This document shows positions 14,300-26,868 of a DNA stretch of 64,000 bases, in pieces (the stretch's first letter is position 1; every line of letters starts with the position of its first letter). The position numbers and the translations under genes are program-made. Source of the DNA: Vicugna vicugna (lineage: Eukaryota); the NCBI GenBank assembly GCA_013265495.1, contig MU058844.1:3171819-3235818 (forward strand), in the 5' to 3' direction. The notes under the pieces were generated by a model. It was not told where the DNA came from. It saw only the letters and a program-made list of their open reading frames with translations, and ran no database searches.

Positions 14300-14360
14300 G
14301 CCGGGCGCCGCCTCCTCCTCCTCCGCCGCCGCCGCCGCCGCCGCCTCCTCGCAGTGCAGC
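14300..14360 (+). other. Candidate alternative first exon 1b (start approximate)
   Basis: CCG-repeat leader ending at donor AGC|gtgagt (GT at 14361). Confidence 0.4.
14311..14343 (+). repeat. (CCT)4(CCG)7 trinucleotide repeat
   Basis: Counted directly. Confidence 0.92.
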
Positions 14361-14573
14361 GTGAGTAGGGAGCCCCGGCTGGTGGACGCCGAGCCTCTCG
14401 GCTCCACGGCCGCCTCATCCTCGAGGTGCAACCGAACCTCCGCGTGGCACCCGGAGTCCTGCGAGCCTCCTTCCGACGCGCAGAGGACTGAGCCCCCCTT
14501 CTCTGCGCTTCCCGCTGTCCTCACCGCCCCCTCTCCCGACCCTCCTGCAGCCTCCCCTTCTTTTCCTCCTCAG

Positions 14574-14598
14574 AAAATGGTTCCTGCTGCCGGGCGAG
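14574..14598 (+). other. Candidate 25-nt exon (or 3' end of a longer first exon) with strong-Kozak ATG encoding MVPAAGR, phase 1; uORF or true start
   Basis: Pure pyrimidine tract cctccccttcttttcctcctCAG, then aaaATGG (ATG at 14577), then consensus donor GAG|gtgagt (GT at 14599). Confidence 0.65.
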
Positions 14599-17500
14599 GT
14601 GAGTGGCGGCCGCCGCCCGCCCGCGGCGGGGGCGGCGGGGCAGGTCACCTGCGGGGGAGGCCGGGCGGAACACTGAGGTCGGGGCGGCGCGACGGGGGTC
14701 CTGACAGCTGGGTGCTCCGCGTACTGCGCGGATTCCGAAGAAGTTGGCGGGGGCGTTCGGGGGGCCCCTCGCAGGTGGTCTCCGGCCGTGCCTGCCCCGG
14801 GAAACCGTAAAGGTGAGCGGGTTCTTAGGCGTGCGCCCCTGCGCTGGGTCCGGCCAGTAGTCTCCGCCCAGGGCCCGAGGGACGGGGCTCGGTGGTGGGA
14901 CTTCGCGTCTGCACCCGCAGTTCTTTGGCTTCTACCAGCCTTCTCGGCCGCGCCATAGCCCATCCTGCCGCCGGTCGCCCCCGCCTCGGCGCCTGGTGAC
15001 CTTGAGGGCAGCGGTGCCCGGCGCTGTTTCCCCGCGCCCCGGGAGGGTCACCCCTCTAATCCCCGGCTTCGGCCCCACTGGCGCTCCGCAGGCGGAGAGT
15101 AGGGCCCGCGTTGGCCCCCGGCCCGGGCCGGTTGATTGATGCGTGTCACACCGGACGGTGATTCCCCGGGAGTTGGCGAATTGCCTCGCCGTTCTCCCGG
15201 CGTCTCCTGTCTCGCCCCCCAGGATGTTCACGGTTGCTTCCTATTCGCTTTTTTGGACTTAGTTTAAAAAGAAAGGGAGGAAAAAACCCCTGCGTCCTCC
15301 ACTTCTTTTTGGGAAGGGTCAGTGAGAAAGAACCGCATTCCATTTGCGGTTTTGCGGGGTGTGCTCCCTTTATTCCTTCCTGCGAGAGAATCCGGTGGCT
15401 GAGCTAGTTAGCGACCCCTGGTCTGCGCCGCGGTCACTAGCCAGATTGGTCTCTGTGCGCATTTCATTCACCAGTTTTCTGCGGGACTCGCAGCGCTGGG
15501 AGTGCTCGCATCCTGTGCGGTGCATCGGTGCTTGGCGCGGAAGGAAGGGCGAGAGGTGCAGAGGGGGTCTTTAAATCTGCGGAGGGGTCGACCAGTCTCT
15601 GCAGGCGTATTTTTGCCTTTCCTGGGGTTAGAGCGCATCAGACAGCCACCTTTCGCTATGCATAAGCTGTGCATGCTACTTTTCTGGGTTTCTTAATCAT
15701 CTAATGGCTTCTGTTGGTATCGACTGCTGTTCATGATAAATTAGTTACATGGATTTTTGTTCAAATGAGTGTGGATATCTGCATATATATGGACCGTCCG
15801 CCTTTCAACATGGAAGCCTTTGTTGTGTTTAACCTCCCCCACCTGAAGACAGTCTTATTTTAAAATAAAGCTCTTGTTCAGCGTGGGTGTATTTTATAAT
15901 AAGAAGTACTTGTAAGGATCTGCTTTGTATGAGGCTTTCTTCGGGGAGAGGGTGTGTAACCCTTTGGATAGTGGCCCACCTGAGTGAATGAAGGGCCTTC
16001 ACTGCTTGCCCTCCTGCCAGCCTTCCCCAGACTCCCTGTCCTTGTGTGTGGCAGAGGCGGATTGGGGGAATTAGAGGGATTGGAGGAGAATCTGCCTTTT
16101 GTACTTGAGCGTTTCACTTGGATCTCCCTCTCCCTCTTTTTTTTTTTTTTCTTCTTCTTTTTTGTCCTGGTGAGTTCAGATTTGAAGTAAATGAAACATT
16201 TTCCTTAAAGGGCATATTTGAAAAACTAGTATATGAAATGGGTTTGATTTGGCCGTGATTTCAGGGGGATGTTTTAGTAGTTTCTACCTTACTTTTCATG
16301 AGACAGTTAAATTGCTGTAATTAAGGGTGGATCTCTCTTGATTTTGGCTTGGGTGTAACTTTGAAAAGTAACTGTTGTTTCCTACTATATAGTCTGCAAA
16401 AGTGACTCACAATCGGGTGAGTTGAGGACAGAGCGCCACCTTTAAAATTTCGGCATTTTCTTTTATGAAAATTCAGAGTACGCCTTCTTGATTTTTGTTG
16501 CAGTTGTCTTTACTGGCACCCTCACTTACATGCATATGATGAAAATGATGAAATTCATTTTCTTGTATTCTGTAATTCCTCACTCTGAAGGTGGGATTTC
16601 TGCATTTGTATGGGAAATCATGGTTTTTTAATGGAAGCTTGGAATTTAATCTAGAACTCTGAGATGAAGCAATAAACTAGATTTGATTTGTGCTTATAAT
16701 AAAATAATGGGGGCAAAGATCGTGTGGATCTACTTAGGAAAAGAAATAAGGAAAGTAATAGCTTCATCATAAATAGATGTTTATTTAAAACTAGCCATCG
16801 CCACTAAGTTAGGGTACCTACCAGCATGATAGTGGTTTTATAAATGTTTTTAGCTTCATGTGCTATTAGCAGATTCTAAAGTAAACATGCAAAAAATTAA
16901 GCTTGTTTGAATAAGGTATAGTAATTCTTTTTTTTGCTTTTCATCTTCCGACAGCTTTCCTTTTATGGTTTGCGAGTTTTACGATTTTTTCAAATAATAC
17001 AAATGAGGACTTCCAGCTGGAGCACTTACACTCAAAGTTGTTGAAGACCATATTGGAAAAAGTGGTTTCTGTGTATGGCTCTTCTCAAATGTATCTCATA
17101 TAAAAATAAATGGAGTTTTTAATGCTTAGAAAACAAATGCTGTAGTGACAGCTGAATGGGTGAGATTTCTTTCCTTGCCCACTTGTTCTCTCCTGCCCCC
17201 CTCCCCCCCATATCAAAAATTTAAGGTACACTATCTCTTTAGACACAGGGTACTTTTTGATGATTGTGACTGCAGGTGTAACATAAAGAAAAAAGATTTA
17301 GCTTTTCAAGTAATGAATAAATTAATGTGTGGATATTACCCAAGTACAGTTTTAATTACAAACCACAAGATAGTACTGTTTCTGTCTGCATTTAAGTTTT
17401 AATTCCGCACTTGCAGTTTTTACATAGATTTTTGTGAGCATAAGCTTTTGAGCTATAGATAGTTTTATTAAGCTAAAAAATCCACTTGTGATGAAAGGTG

Positions 17501-19189
17501 GTTTATGCTCGTCAATCTGTAGAATATGGTCCCAGGTTAAAGGACATTATTTGAGCAATTAGGTTGATGTATGCAGAGTGATTACATATCATTATGCACA
17601 CTTTGATAGAATCTTTGTTTTGTGGGTTATTTTTACCAATTTCTTCTGACAGGTTAACTTTGTTTTGGATGAAACATTCTCTTGCCATGTGAATTGAATT
17701 GCTTAGGTCAACAAGTTTTAAGAGGAATGGCTAATTAAACCATTGGTGGTCGTTGGTAACAGAAAAGTGTCCCTTTATTCCTTACGTTTTTACACATGCA
17801 TACAATTGAAACTGGTCATTTTCACTTTTTAAGTCTGGAATTTTGTAATGAATGAGATCAGGAAGCAGAAACTTAAGAATTAAATTTTTGCAGCTTGGGT
17901 AAGAGTATTGCCTAGTTGAAAGGGAATAACTTTTCTAGTAAGTATCATGATGTATAGAAGGGCACTGTGAGAGTAGCTTATTTTGGAATATATAGAATCT
18001 GAAGTAACGTTGAAGGAAAACGATTCAATAGTTAAGGGAAAAATTTTCCCCAAAAACTTTAAAAGATTTATTTTTTAGCTTTTATAAATGTTTTAGGTAC
18101 ACACACATACATCATTCATTGCCTTGTTAAAATTTTTTATTGTGGAAATTGTACAACATGTCAAAGTAGAGAGAATAATATACTTACTGACCAGTTTTGA
18201 CAGTTAACAATTCATGGTGCATCTAATTACATTTCTGTTTTTACACAAGAAATAGGTCTATATAAATGGGAACATAGGGCAGATAATTGAATTGAATTCC
18301 TATGTTTTATATTTGTAATTTATAGGATTTACACAATAATGTCCAATATCTAATTGCATCCGAAAGATCAATTTTTATGTTCATTGTTTCTGTGATAGCC
18401 TGTTTTACAGCAGGCACCTAAAGACAATGTCTCTTAAATTTTAATGATAATGCCTTTGATTTAAAAAATGCTTTACAGTGTTTTAGAATGTATTAAATAC
18501 TATCTCATTTGATTTTCACAATAAATATTTCTGTGAAGTGAGTAAAATAGATAGCTGTGCCTTCCTTTTTCTTAGGTAGGTGAAGTAATTTGTCTAGGCC
18601 CTAAGGTCGTAGAATTTGGCCAGCAGCTGGATTAGCCAGAACTGAACTCTAGGTGGCTTCTAGGTTTTGCTCCATTGCTCTTTCCATTACACATGTGTAT
18701 GTAAGTATATGAAAGTTATATAAGTTTATGAAAACTCAGTTTCTGACCAGAGTAAATTTAATAGTAGAATATAAACAGTTTTGTTTGAATTTAAATTTAT
18801 AAATTTAATCATTGCCTCTATTTGGTGTAATGTAAACAGTTCATACCCTGATTTTGTTAACAGCCGAGTAAATGAATTTGATCGTATTTGAAATACTATG
18901 TTGTTAATATGATGGATTGGATGATTTTTAAGTTAAGAATTTTATCCTGAAAGACCTGTTGGTCTTTGAAATGATTAGAGGATGTTTTAACGAGTTAAAA
19001 ATAAAGTGGCCTATACTTAAAAGTTTCTTCTTTTAATTTCTGCTGTGATTTTTTTTAATGCATTTGTTTTTCTGCATATTTCTTACCTAAGTCTTTTAAA
19101 ATATTAATTTGGTATGTAATGAAATTTAGTTTTAAAAGGTCCCAAATGAGATTTTAGTTTTCAAAATCCAAAACCTTGTTATAAATCTC

Positions 19190-19340
19190 ACAGGGAAGGT
19201 GGTGGTTCTCCTGTATGTGTGCATGAGGACCACCGTGGGGAGTTACTGAAAGTGCAGGTCCCCTGGCATTGCCCCTGCAAATCTGATTCAGCAGATTTGG
19301 GGTGCGGCCGAGGAGTCAGCATCTTGAGAAACACTGACCC
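19190..19340. mobile_element. MER5-family hAT-Charlie remnant (approximate ends)
   Basis: gtggttctc...tctgattcagcagatttggggtg...ttgagaaacactg. Confidence 0.6.
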
Positions 19341-22300
19341 TGAATTTATAGGTTAAGATTACGTTCCATAGTAAAGATGCCTTTATAAATTGGAAGGATG
19401 ACATGGATGTATTTGATTTTGAACATGGCAGAGTTAGTGTTTTCAAGTATATGACTGTTGTAGCCAAGTTTGATTTGGGATTTGGTGATTTTTATGACAG
19501 TTGTAAAACTGGTAAATTGAAAATATTTTTATCTATGTGCAGTCTTTCAAAAGATCCATCTACAGTTATTTATTAAGTTAGTTATTAAGTGCTATAAAGT
19601 CCTAGACACAGAATGTTCTTCTCTTTTTTGTGCCCCAGTGTCTGCCATTTCAAAATGACTTGAACAGGAGGCTTATTAATGTAAACATAATGCATGCTGT
19701 GTCAGTACAGTACTGTACATTTATACCTTAGTCTAGCGCTTATTTTTTGTAAGAAGGGAAGACTTTGGATATTCCTTCAAATTAAAAAGACATAAATTGA
19801 TGGATAAGTAGTATACCTTATTAATTTCAGTTAACAAGTAGTTATTTCCAAAAACAGCAGGTTTGTCCTTAATGACCTTTCACATATAAGATAATGATAT
19901 AAGACTAATCGGTAATTTACCATCTGTGCATGAAAACAGAAGTTAACTGCTATTATATGTAAATATTAAATAACAGTTTATGTAGTTCAGTACAAATGGA
20001 CTGTAGGGTCCATTTGACGTAAACTGATCTGACTTTTTTAACCATTTTATTTAGTGCTGTGTACCCCATATGGATTTCTTTCTACTTAAGAGCAGATTTA
20101 AAATGCAATTGTTTTTGCTTTACTTATGACACTGTAGTAAATAGCTTGCATGTGTATTTAAAGTACATTTTATGATGAAATTAATTTCAAAGCAAGTCCA
20201 TCTCAAGACTGTGCTGAAGTTTTTTGTTCATTTTTTCCAAAAACTTAGGCTTGTTGGTTATGCTTTAGGATATATTTAGGAATCATTAGTTATAATTTAC
20301 TAATGCTTGTGGAAATCTAAATTAATAAAGATTTCTGGCAGAGAGATCCAGATAAACTGTGGAAGAGACTTTTCACCATATTCTTTTAAAGCTATTTTAT
20401 ATATAAAAACAGGACTGGGACTGTTAATTATTCTAAACAGTATGTAGTGTTTTTAGTTACCTCTTCGGTAAGAATATTATTTGGTATTTCTAAGTACAAT
20501 AACTTCCAACAATGTGGAATCTCAAAATTCAGGATACCTGTTTTGTATTAATATTAAAGTCACCTGGGCCTTTGGAGGAAAGTGTAAGGATGGTTTTGAA
20601 TGGACCAGTGCTTGCTTACACTGTGAAATCTGAGATTATACCCTCTAACTGTAAACTGGTATGACTACTGTGAAGACCTGATAAATTTATGACTGAAAGT
20701 TGTATTTTCTGAAAAGTAGCTCTTAAAAAGAATTTGTTTAAAAGGTGCCTTTAAAATAACTTCATTATTAACAATGTGAATTTATTGTTCATTATATTAA
20801 CTAAGTTTGCTCCCTGAAAGATGTTAAGCAGTGTTTCACTCTCAAAATTCTCAGATCTGCTGCTTTAATCTACCTTTGATATTTGTGCCAGATTTTTGTT
20901 TTGTTTTGTTTTTAAATAACTTTCCTGCTGTCGTTTCTTCAGTAAAAGCTTCAGTGGTTCCTCATTTTTCTCTTTATCAAGATGCAACTTGACTTTGAAG
21001 ACCTTTTATAAAATTAGCTTAGTATTTTCTAAAGTGTGTTTTAGAACCCTGATTCTAAGAAATATTAATAGGGGTTTTATGGAGGGGAGAAGGAGAAAAC
21101 CCAGATCCAAAATATGCTGGTTTATGCAGTTTTCCCATTTGGGACTTCTCCCATACTTTGGTATACTAACATGGACTGAATCTATCTAAATGTGTTTAGC
21201 ATTTTGCTCCCTTATTTCACAGAATCCCTTTTAGTGAAGCATCCACTTGTTACTTTGTATATTACTTAACCAGGGTCACCACTTTGCACACCTCCAGGAG
21301 GTGCTGTTCGCATAGAACACAATATAAATCATGTTTCCTGGAGTTGAGAGCCGTGTGCAGGACTGTAGTACTGTTGACTGCCCACTGCATGACAGTCATG
21401 TCTGACAGTCTTCTCCCTACACTCTTCTCACATCTTTGGCTGTGACTTCATGTTTTTCCTCTCACCTGATAGGACCCGTGATCTTGTCCATCCAAGGGTG
21501 GCCATCCTCCAAAACTCCACATTAGTCTACCTTTCTCGGTCATCACTCATTAATTTCCTTGCCTGAATTACTCTACATTTATAGTTGGGCCATGCACTTC
21601 CCATCTATTATATATCCTTTTTGTCTTAGTAATTTCATTTGGGGATAATATAGGAGTTCAGATAAGAACATGGGTTTTGAGGATATGTAGAGTTTTATCC
21701 CACAGACGTTCAATCAGTATTTTTTGGACATATTGACTTAAGATTTTGACATTGTATAGCTTGCATGAAGGTAAAGTGGAGGCATTTTTCTTAGAGAATT
21801 TCTAAAGCCTCTTTTCATTTGAAATTTTAACTTTCCTCAGTTGGATTCATAGGACAGCCTGTTTTATTTCTGGAGGGCAGCTACTTTTCATAGAATGCTA
21901 GGACAGTAGAATTTGGCGTCTATATACAAAGTGTTTTCCATTTCTTAATTGCAGTGTAGTAGCTGGTCCGTTTTAGATTTTATTCTAATTGTAATTAGTC
22001 ATTATAGTAGCTATAAATTTTATCTTAAAATGACAAGTTTCACTTTTCCTTTAGCTTGTGACATCTTTTCCTATCATCAGGATTGATGTTCTCAAGATAT
22101 GTGTGTTACATCTTTAATTCATTATCATACTGTGTATAATGTAAAATGCCATAATTTAAAGCATATATTCTGATCTAAAATTTAAAATATGATACCCTTG
22201 TAGTTACTGTTTATCAACAGGAAAACTGTTGGAGCCAGGTTTTTAAATGTCTGTTTGCTGCAGGTTCTGATTTTTCTGAGAGTTCTTTTCCATGAAATGA

Positions 22301-24124
22301 GCGTGAACAGTTGGCTCATGACCAACAGGATCATGGTAGGCATCAGGAATGGGTTTAGGTGTATGGTTTTCGTGAAAGTTTAAAGCATAGCAATGCGGTT
22401 ATTCCTCTAACTGCTTTACTTAGGTCAAGAAAGGAAAGCCTGTACTTGTATCATTTCTGTTGAATGCTCATGGAGTCATAATTTCAGACATTTGAGCAAT
22501 TAATGCTTTCTGTAGATTTAGGATGTAAACTGTTATATTTCAATATGCTCAAAAGAAGTTGCTCTCTAGAGATCATTCCCCAGTGATTAGCACAGCTGAA
22601 AGTGCACAGGTGCATCGCTCTTGAGTAGTCTCCCAACCCTTGTATATTTGCTAAGATATTATAGAAGGACTTAATTGTTGATCAAAAGAGAAGTGTAGAA
22701 TGGTTTTGGTAGTGAAAAGAAAAAAAAATCTGTGAAGGCAGAAATCATTGGATCCAGCAAAAATGAGATGGGTTAGAGGATGATCTTTTCTACTGGATTT
22801 GGATCTTTTCTTCTTAGGACACACATGGGTGACACTGGCATATAGTCCATGCTCCCTTGCTTATACCTAGAGTTATGAAAAATTTTTAGTTCCTGTGCTA
22901 TAATTCTGTCCTTTTCTCTATTTATGACCCAAATCAAGTGAATGATGCTTTAATTGCTGTTGGTTTGTTTAAAAAGTGAGTCACAAACTTCAGGTCCTTT
23001 TCTTTGGATACTCTTGACAACTAATACTATGGTGGAGAACTACTGAGTTAAAAGGCAGATAGAGGGCTGAAAACAAGGAAGGTCAGTCAGTGAGATGGGA
23101 AAGAGTGGATGGCGAAGTCCAGGAAAAGTTCATCTCTAGCATCAGACTCTGAGTGTCAGGTATCAGAAAAACAAACATCCATCAACCAATCAACCCTTCT
23201 CCGAATGCAGAGTGGATTTAGGGTAAAGTTTAAATTCATCTGCCTTTAAGCTTGAACTCCAATATTTTTATATATGTTATTGAACACTGGAACTTACTTG
23301 ATTCTCTTTTGTCTCTGGACCCTCTCGCTGCTTCATGCCTTTTGCTAGGAATGCCTGCCTTTCTCAGAGCCTATATATCTTGATGGTATTCCTATGTGTG
23401 ACTAGACCTAAAACTTCAGATTTTGGTTTTTACTCTGATGTTGTCTTGAGATCTCTCCAGATATAAATTTTGCCACTAAAAAGCCATGTGACCTTGGGTA
23501 AATCCCTTGGTTTCTTTGTTACCTCCCCCAAAAGTACAAAATATAGAATCAGGGAGTTTTATTAATTTTCTTTCCTGGAAGTTTTGACTTTTAAGACAAT
23601 ATGTATGTCCATAGTAGGTTGCCTTCTCCCCACACCTCACCCCAAATTATCAACCATTTAATTTATCGTTTAGGCTTCCCTTCTAATTTTGCCTTTTAAC
23701 TAGTTTATCTTTTCATGTTTCATTGGTGATATGCTGTTTCATTCAGGAAGATAATTTAGCTTTTCAAAAATGTGTTTAAGACTTCCAGTTAAAGAAGTGG
23801 CATTTCACTGGCATTTGACTCTGCTGTCTGCCATAGTATACGAAAATGAGAGCGAGTGTGAGTTTACAGTGTTTATGTTCAGACCCCCAGCTGCCTTCCC
23901 TCACCTCACTTTCAGGATGCTGGCCAGAGTTGAAGTGTCTCCTCTGAGGACTCTGACCAGCTCAAGGGAAAGGATCTAAAGGTTCAGACACTGTGTTTGC
24001 CGGAGGGGATGTCCAAAGAGAGTGTCCCAGTCTGATCACCTGACAGTGGACTCTAAAGTCAGAAAGTCTTACATAGAATCCTCTTCAGCTTATTTGTGTC
24101 CTATTTTTTTCTCTCATAATTAAA

Positions 24125-24660
24125 AAAAAAGTTATAGCCTTATTAAAGCAGAATTGACATATAATACACTGCACATATTTAAAGTGAAAAACTTGAGTCT
24201 TGATGTATGTATGCTGCAGTGAAACTCACCATAATCACGTTCATGAACGCAACCATCTCCCTAAAAATTTCCTTGTGCCTTTCTGTAATCTTCTTCCCTC
24301 CCTTCTCTCCCATCTCCTTCCCTCAAGCAACCACTAATCTGCTTCCTGTCATTATAAAGTAATTTGAACTTCCTAGAGTTTTAGGTACATAGAATCATAA
24401 GTTATGAGTTCTCTTTTTGTCCATCTTTCATTCAGCATAATTATTTGAAATTATTCTACATAAATTTAATAGATCAATTCTTGTTATTGCTGATTAGTAT
24501 TTCATTGCATGAATATACCACAGTCTGTTTATCCATTTGCCCATTGATGGACATCTTGGTGTCCAATAACATATAGTGTCTGTTCAGATCTTTTGTTCAA
24601 TTTTCATTAGGTTGTTTGTCTTATTATTAAATTATAGTTTCTTTATATACTCTACATAAA
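24125..24660 (-). mobile_element. Old L1M 3' fragment (approximate ends)
   Basis: aattgacatataatacactgcacatatttaaagtg...aaccactaatctgcttcctgtc...gaatataccacagtctgtttatccatt. Confidence 0.75.
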
Positions 24661-26801
24661 AAGTACTTTGGGAAGCATTTGTGTTGGGGGTGAGGGGAAA
24701 GAATGATATATATCAATCTTTCAACAAAAACTTAAAGCAAGTAGGAGCACTGCAAGTAATATTGTAAAAACAGTTAGATTCTAAAATGAAAGGCCCCTGT
24801 TTCTCATTGTCTCTGAATGGAAAGTGGGGTAAGGGGACTAAAAAGACTGCTATTTTATTTTTTTAAAGCCTTATGGATTTGTTTCTGCAGACAAACTGTT
24901 TACTTTTATAAGTTTGTCTGAACTAAAAATGAATGCATATATGGAGTAAGTTTGTGTGTATGCATAAGCCAGATACATCCCCTGTCATTCAGTTCTTGTG
25001 TCTGTGTGCAGTCTTGTCTGTGTACAACTTAGATGCAATATTCAGTAGTACTTTGGATAAAAGAATCCATTTTTACAAAAGCAAAAGTGAGCAATGTGGA
25101 CTTGATTAAAAACTTGTTTAGGGATGACAGTCCTCTTAAGTCCACTTAAGGTCCTCAGTTTCTCCCGCAAGTCTTCCTCCACTCTGCAAGTTCAAATTTT
25201 TCACTTCTTTATTACATAGAACAGGTGGTTGCCATCTTTGGTTTCTTGAGTTTCCCCTAGGATGTCCTTTGCTATCACACCACCACCACCACTACTGTAC
25301 ACACACACCCCAAGCAGCTCATAAGAATATATGAAGATTTTTTTTCTCCAAAGAATTGCATGTAGCCCTGTCCCTCATAGGAGTCTGGTATGTGATTTCT
25401 CCATTTCTTCATCTGGATCAGTATATACTCTTCTTAGTGTTAGATCAATCCCATCAAATGTTGACTTCTGAGAGACTCTTAAATATAATATGTTAAGGAG
25501 TATCCTTTTGTAGTTGTGTCTTGACAATTTACTATATTTTAAAATTTCACCCCCTTCATTAATTTCCTGTCTTCCCTTTGAAGAACTTAATATTTGACAG
25601 AACTTCTTCCTTGTGCTCTTCCTTTGAAAGAAGAATCTCAGAGGGAGATAGCAGTCATCTCGTAAGAGATGCTGGAATTCAGAAGAGAAAAACAAAAAAC
25701 ATGGTTCTTTTGTCAAGGTGCCATGAAAAATAGACCAGCTCTAAAACACACTAGTTATTTTGACTAGATAAAGAGATTTAGAAATATTGAGTAAAATGAA
25801 CTTTGTGTAATTACTTTCTATCTGCCAGGTACTGTTAGCACGCAATTTACAAATATTATCCTATTTATATTAGTGGGTTCTGTGGAATTTAGGGGAGAGA
25901 GATTCTCTACCGGAAAAGATGGAAAGAGTTATTAGTGGTTTTTAAAGAGGAATCCTAGAATACAGTGACTTACCTAACTTTTCTACCAATTTAAAATGTA
26001 GCAACACTGCTTGTATAAATTTTTGGAAAATACAGAACAGTGTAAAAATGAAACAGAATCACTACCTCTGAAAAATAGCTTTAACATTTTGATTTATTTT
26101 TGATCTTTTAAAAATTTGTATACCTGTTAACATGCTTGAGATAATGTAGGTATAACTATGATTTTAAAAAGCTTTGTATAATTTTCTCAAGTCATGAAAT
26201 TTTTTTTCATTAGCATCATTGTAGTGGGTGTGATATTTCATCCCACGGCTCTTCCCTTGTTACTGGACGTTTGGGTTTTGAGGTTTTCTCTTGTTAAATA
26301 ATCCTCCAGTGAACATCTTTTTTTGTAGATGTTTATCTTCATTTGTGATTGTTTTCTTTGTAATTACTGAGTTTAAAGGACTTTGGTAGTTTGTTGTCTT
26401 TTGATTAAATTTTTCTGCCAGCCTCTTGTGAGGCTGGTTAGGTATTTGGGATTCTTTGTCTTTTTCTGCTGTCTGTACATTTCATGCCACTCAGCTTCTA
26501 GCTCTCTGCTTTACTTCCTCAAATTCTCCATAGCCTTTTTAAAAATTCATAATTTGTTGTTGTTTACATGTTTGACACTTCCAAGAGATGTTCAGTTTGA
26601 GAGCAGGGACTGTTAATTACTCTCCTCTGGCACAGTACTTTTTACCTGTGATATTCCTAATGACTCTTGAATGAGTATCTTGTGTCCAGTCTTAAGCCTG
26701 AATCCAGTGACATTGGACTCCAGTAAAATGCTTGTTTTGTCTCTCTTTAGAAACCGTAATATACTTGTGGTGACTGTTTATCACAGGGCCCTGTTTCTTT
26801 T

Positions 26802-26868
26802 TTTTTTTTCCTTTTTTTTTTTTTTTTTTGAGGGTGAAGGGAGGATTTTTTTTCCTTCTGGTTCTACA
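26802..26868 (-). mobile_element. Very short poly(A)-tailed retroposed insertion of unknown source
   Basis: T-rich tail plus a 39-nt body, flanked by 14-bp direct repeat GCCCTGTTTCTTTT at 26788-26801 and 26869-26882; TT/AAAA site on the minus strand. Confidence 0.65.

Larger units (their letters stand above)
12930..15620. promoter_or_regulatory. CpG island promoter of an unidentified + strand gene
   Basis: Abrupt switch from AT-rich, CpG-poor DNA to very GC- and CpG-rich DNA; GC boxes, CCAAT box, E-box and several + strand splice donors. Confidence 0.95.

Noticed and set aside
13800..14620. Assigning a gene symbol to the host gene
   Set aside because: No recognisable coding exon in the window; many genes have GGC-rich leaders and long first introns, so any name would be a guess
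13041..15696. Many overlapping 60-196 aa ORFs on both strands in the CpG island
   Set aside because: Low-complexity R/G/P/A-rich translations are expected from GC-rich, stop-poor DNA; many begin at non-ATG codons and none shows a recognisable domain
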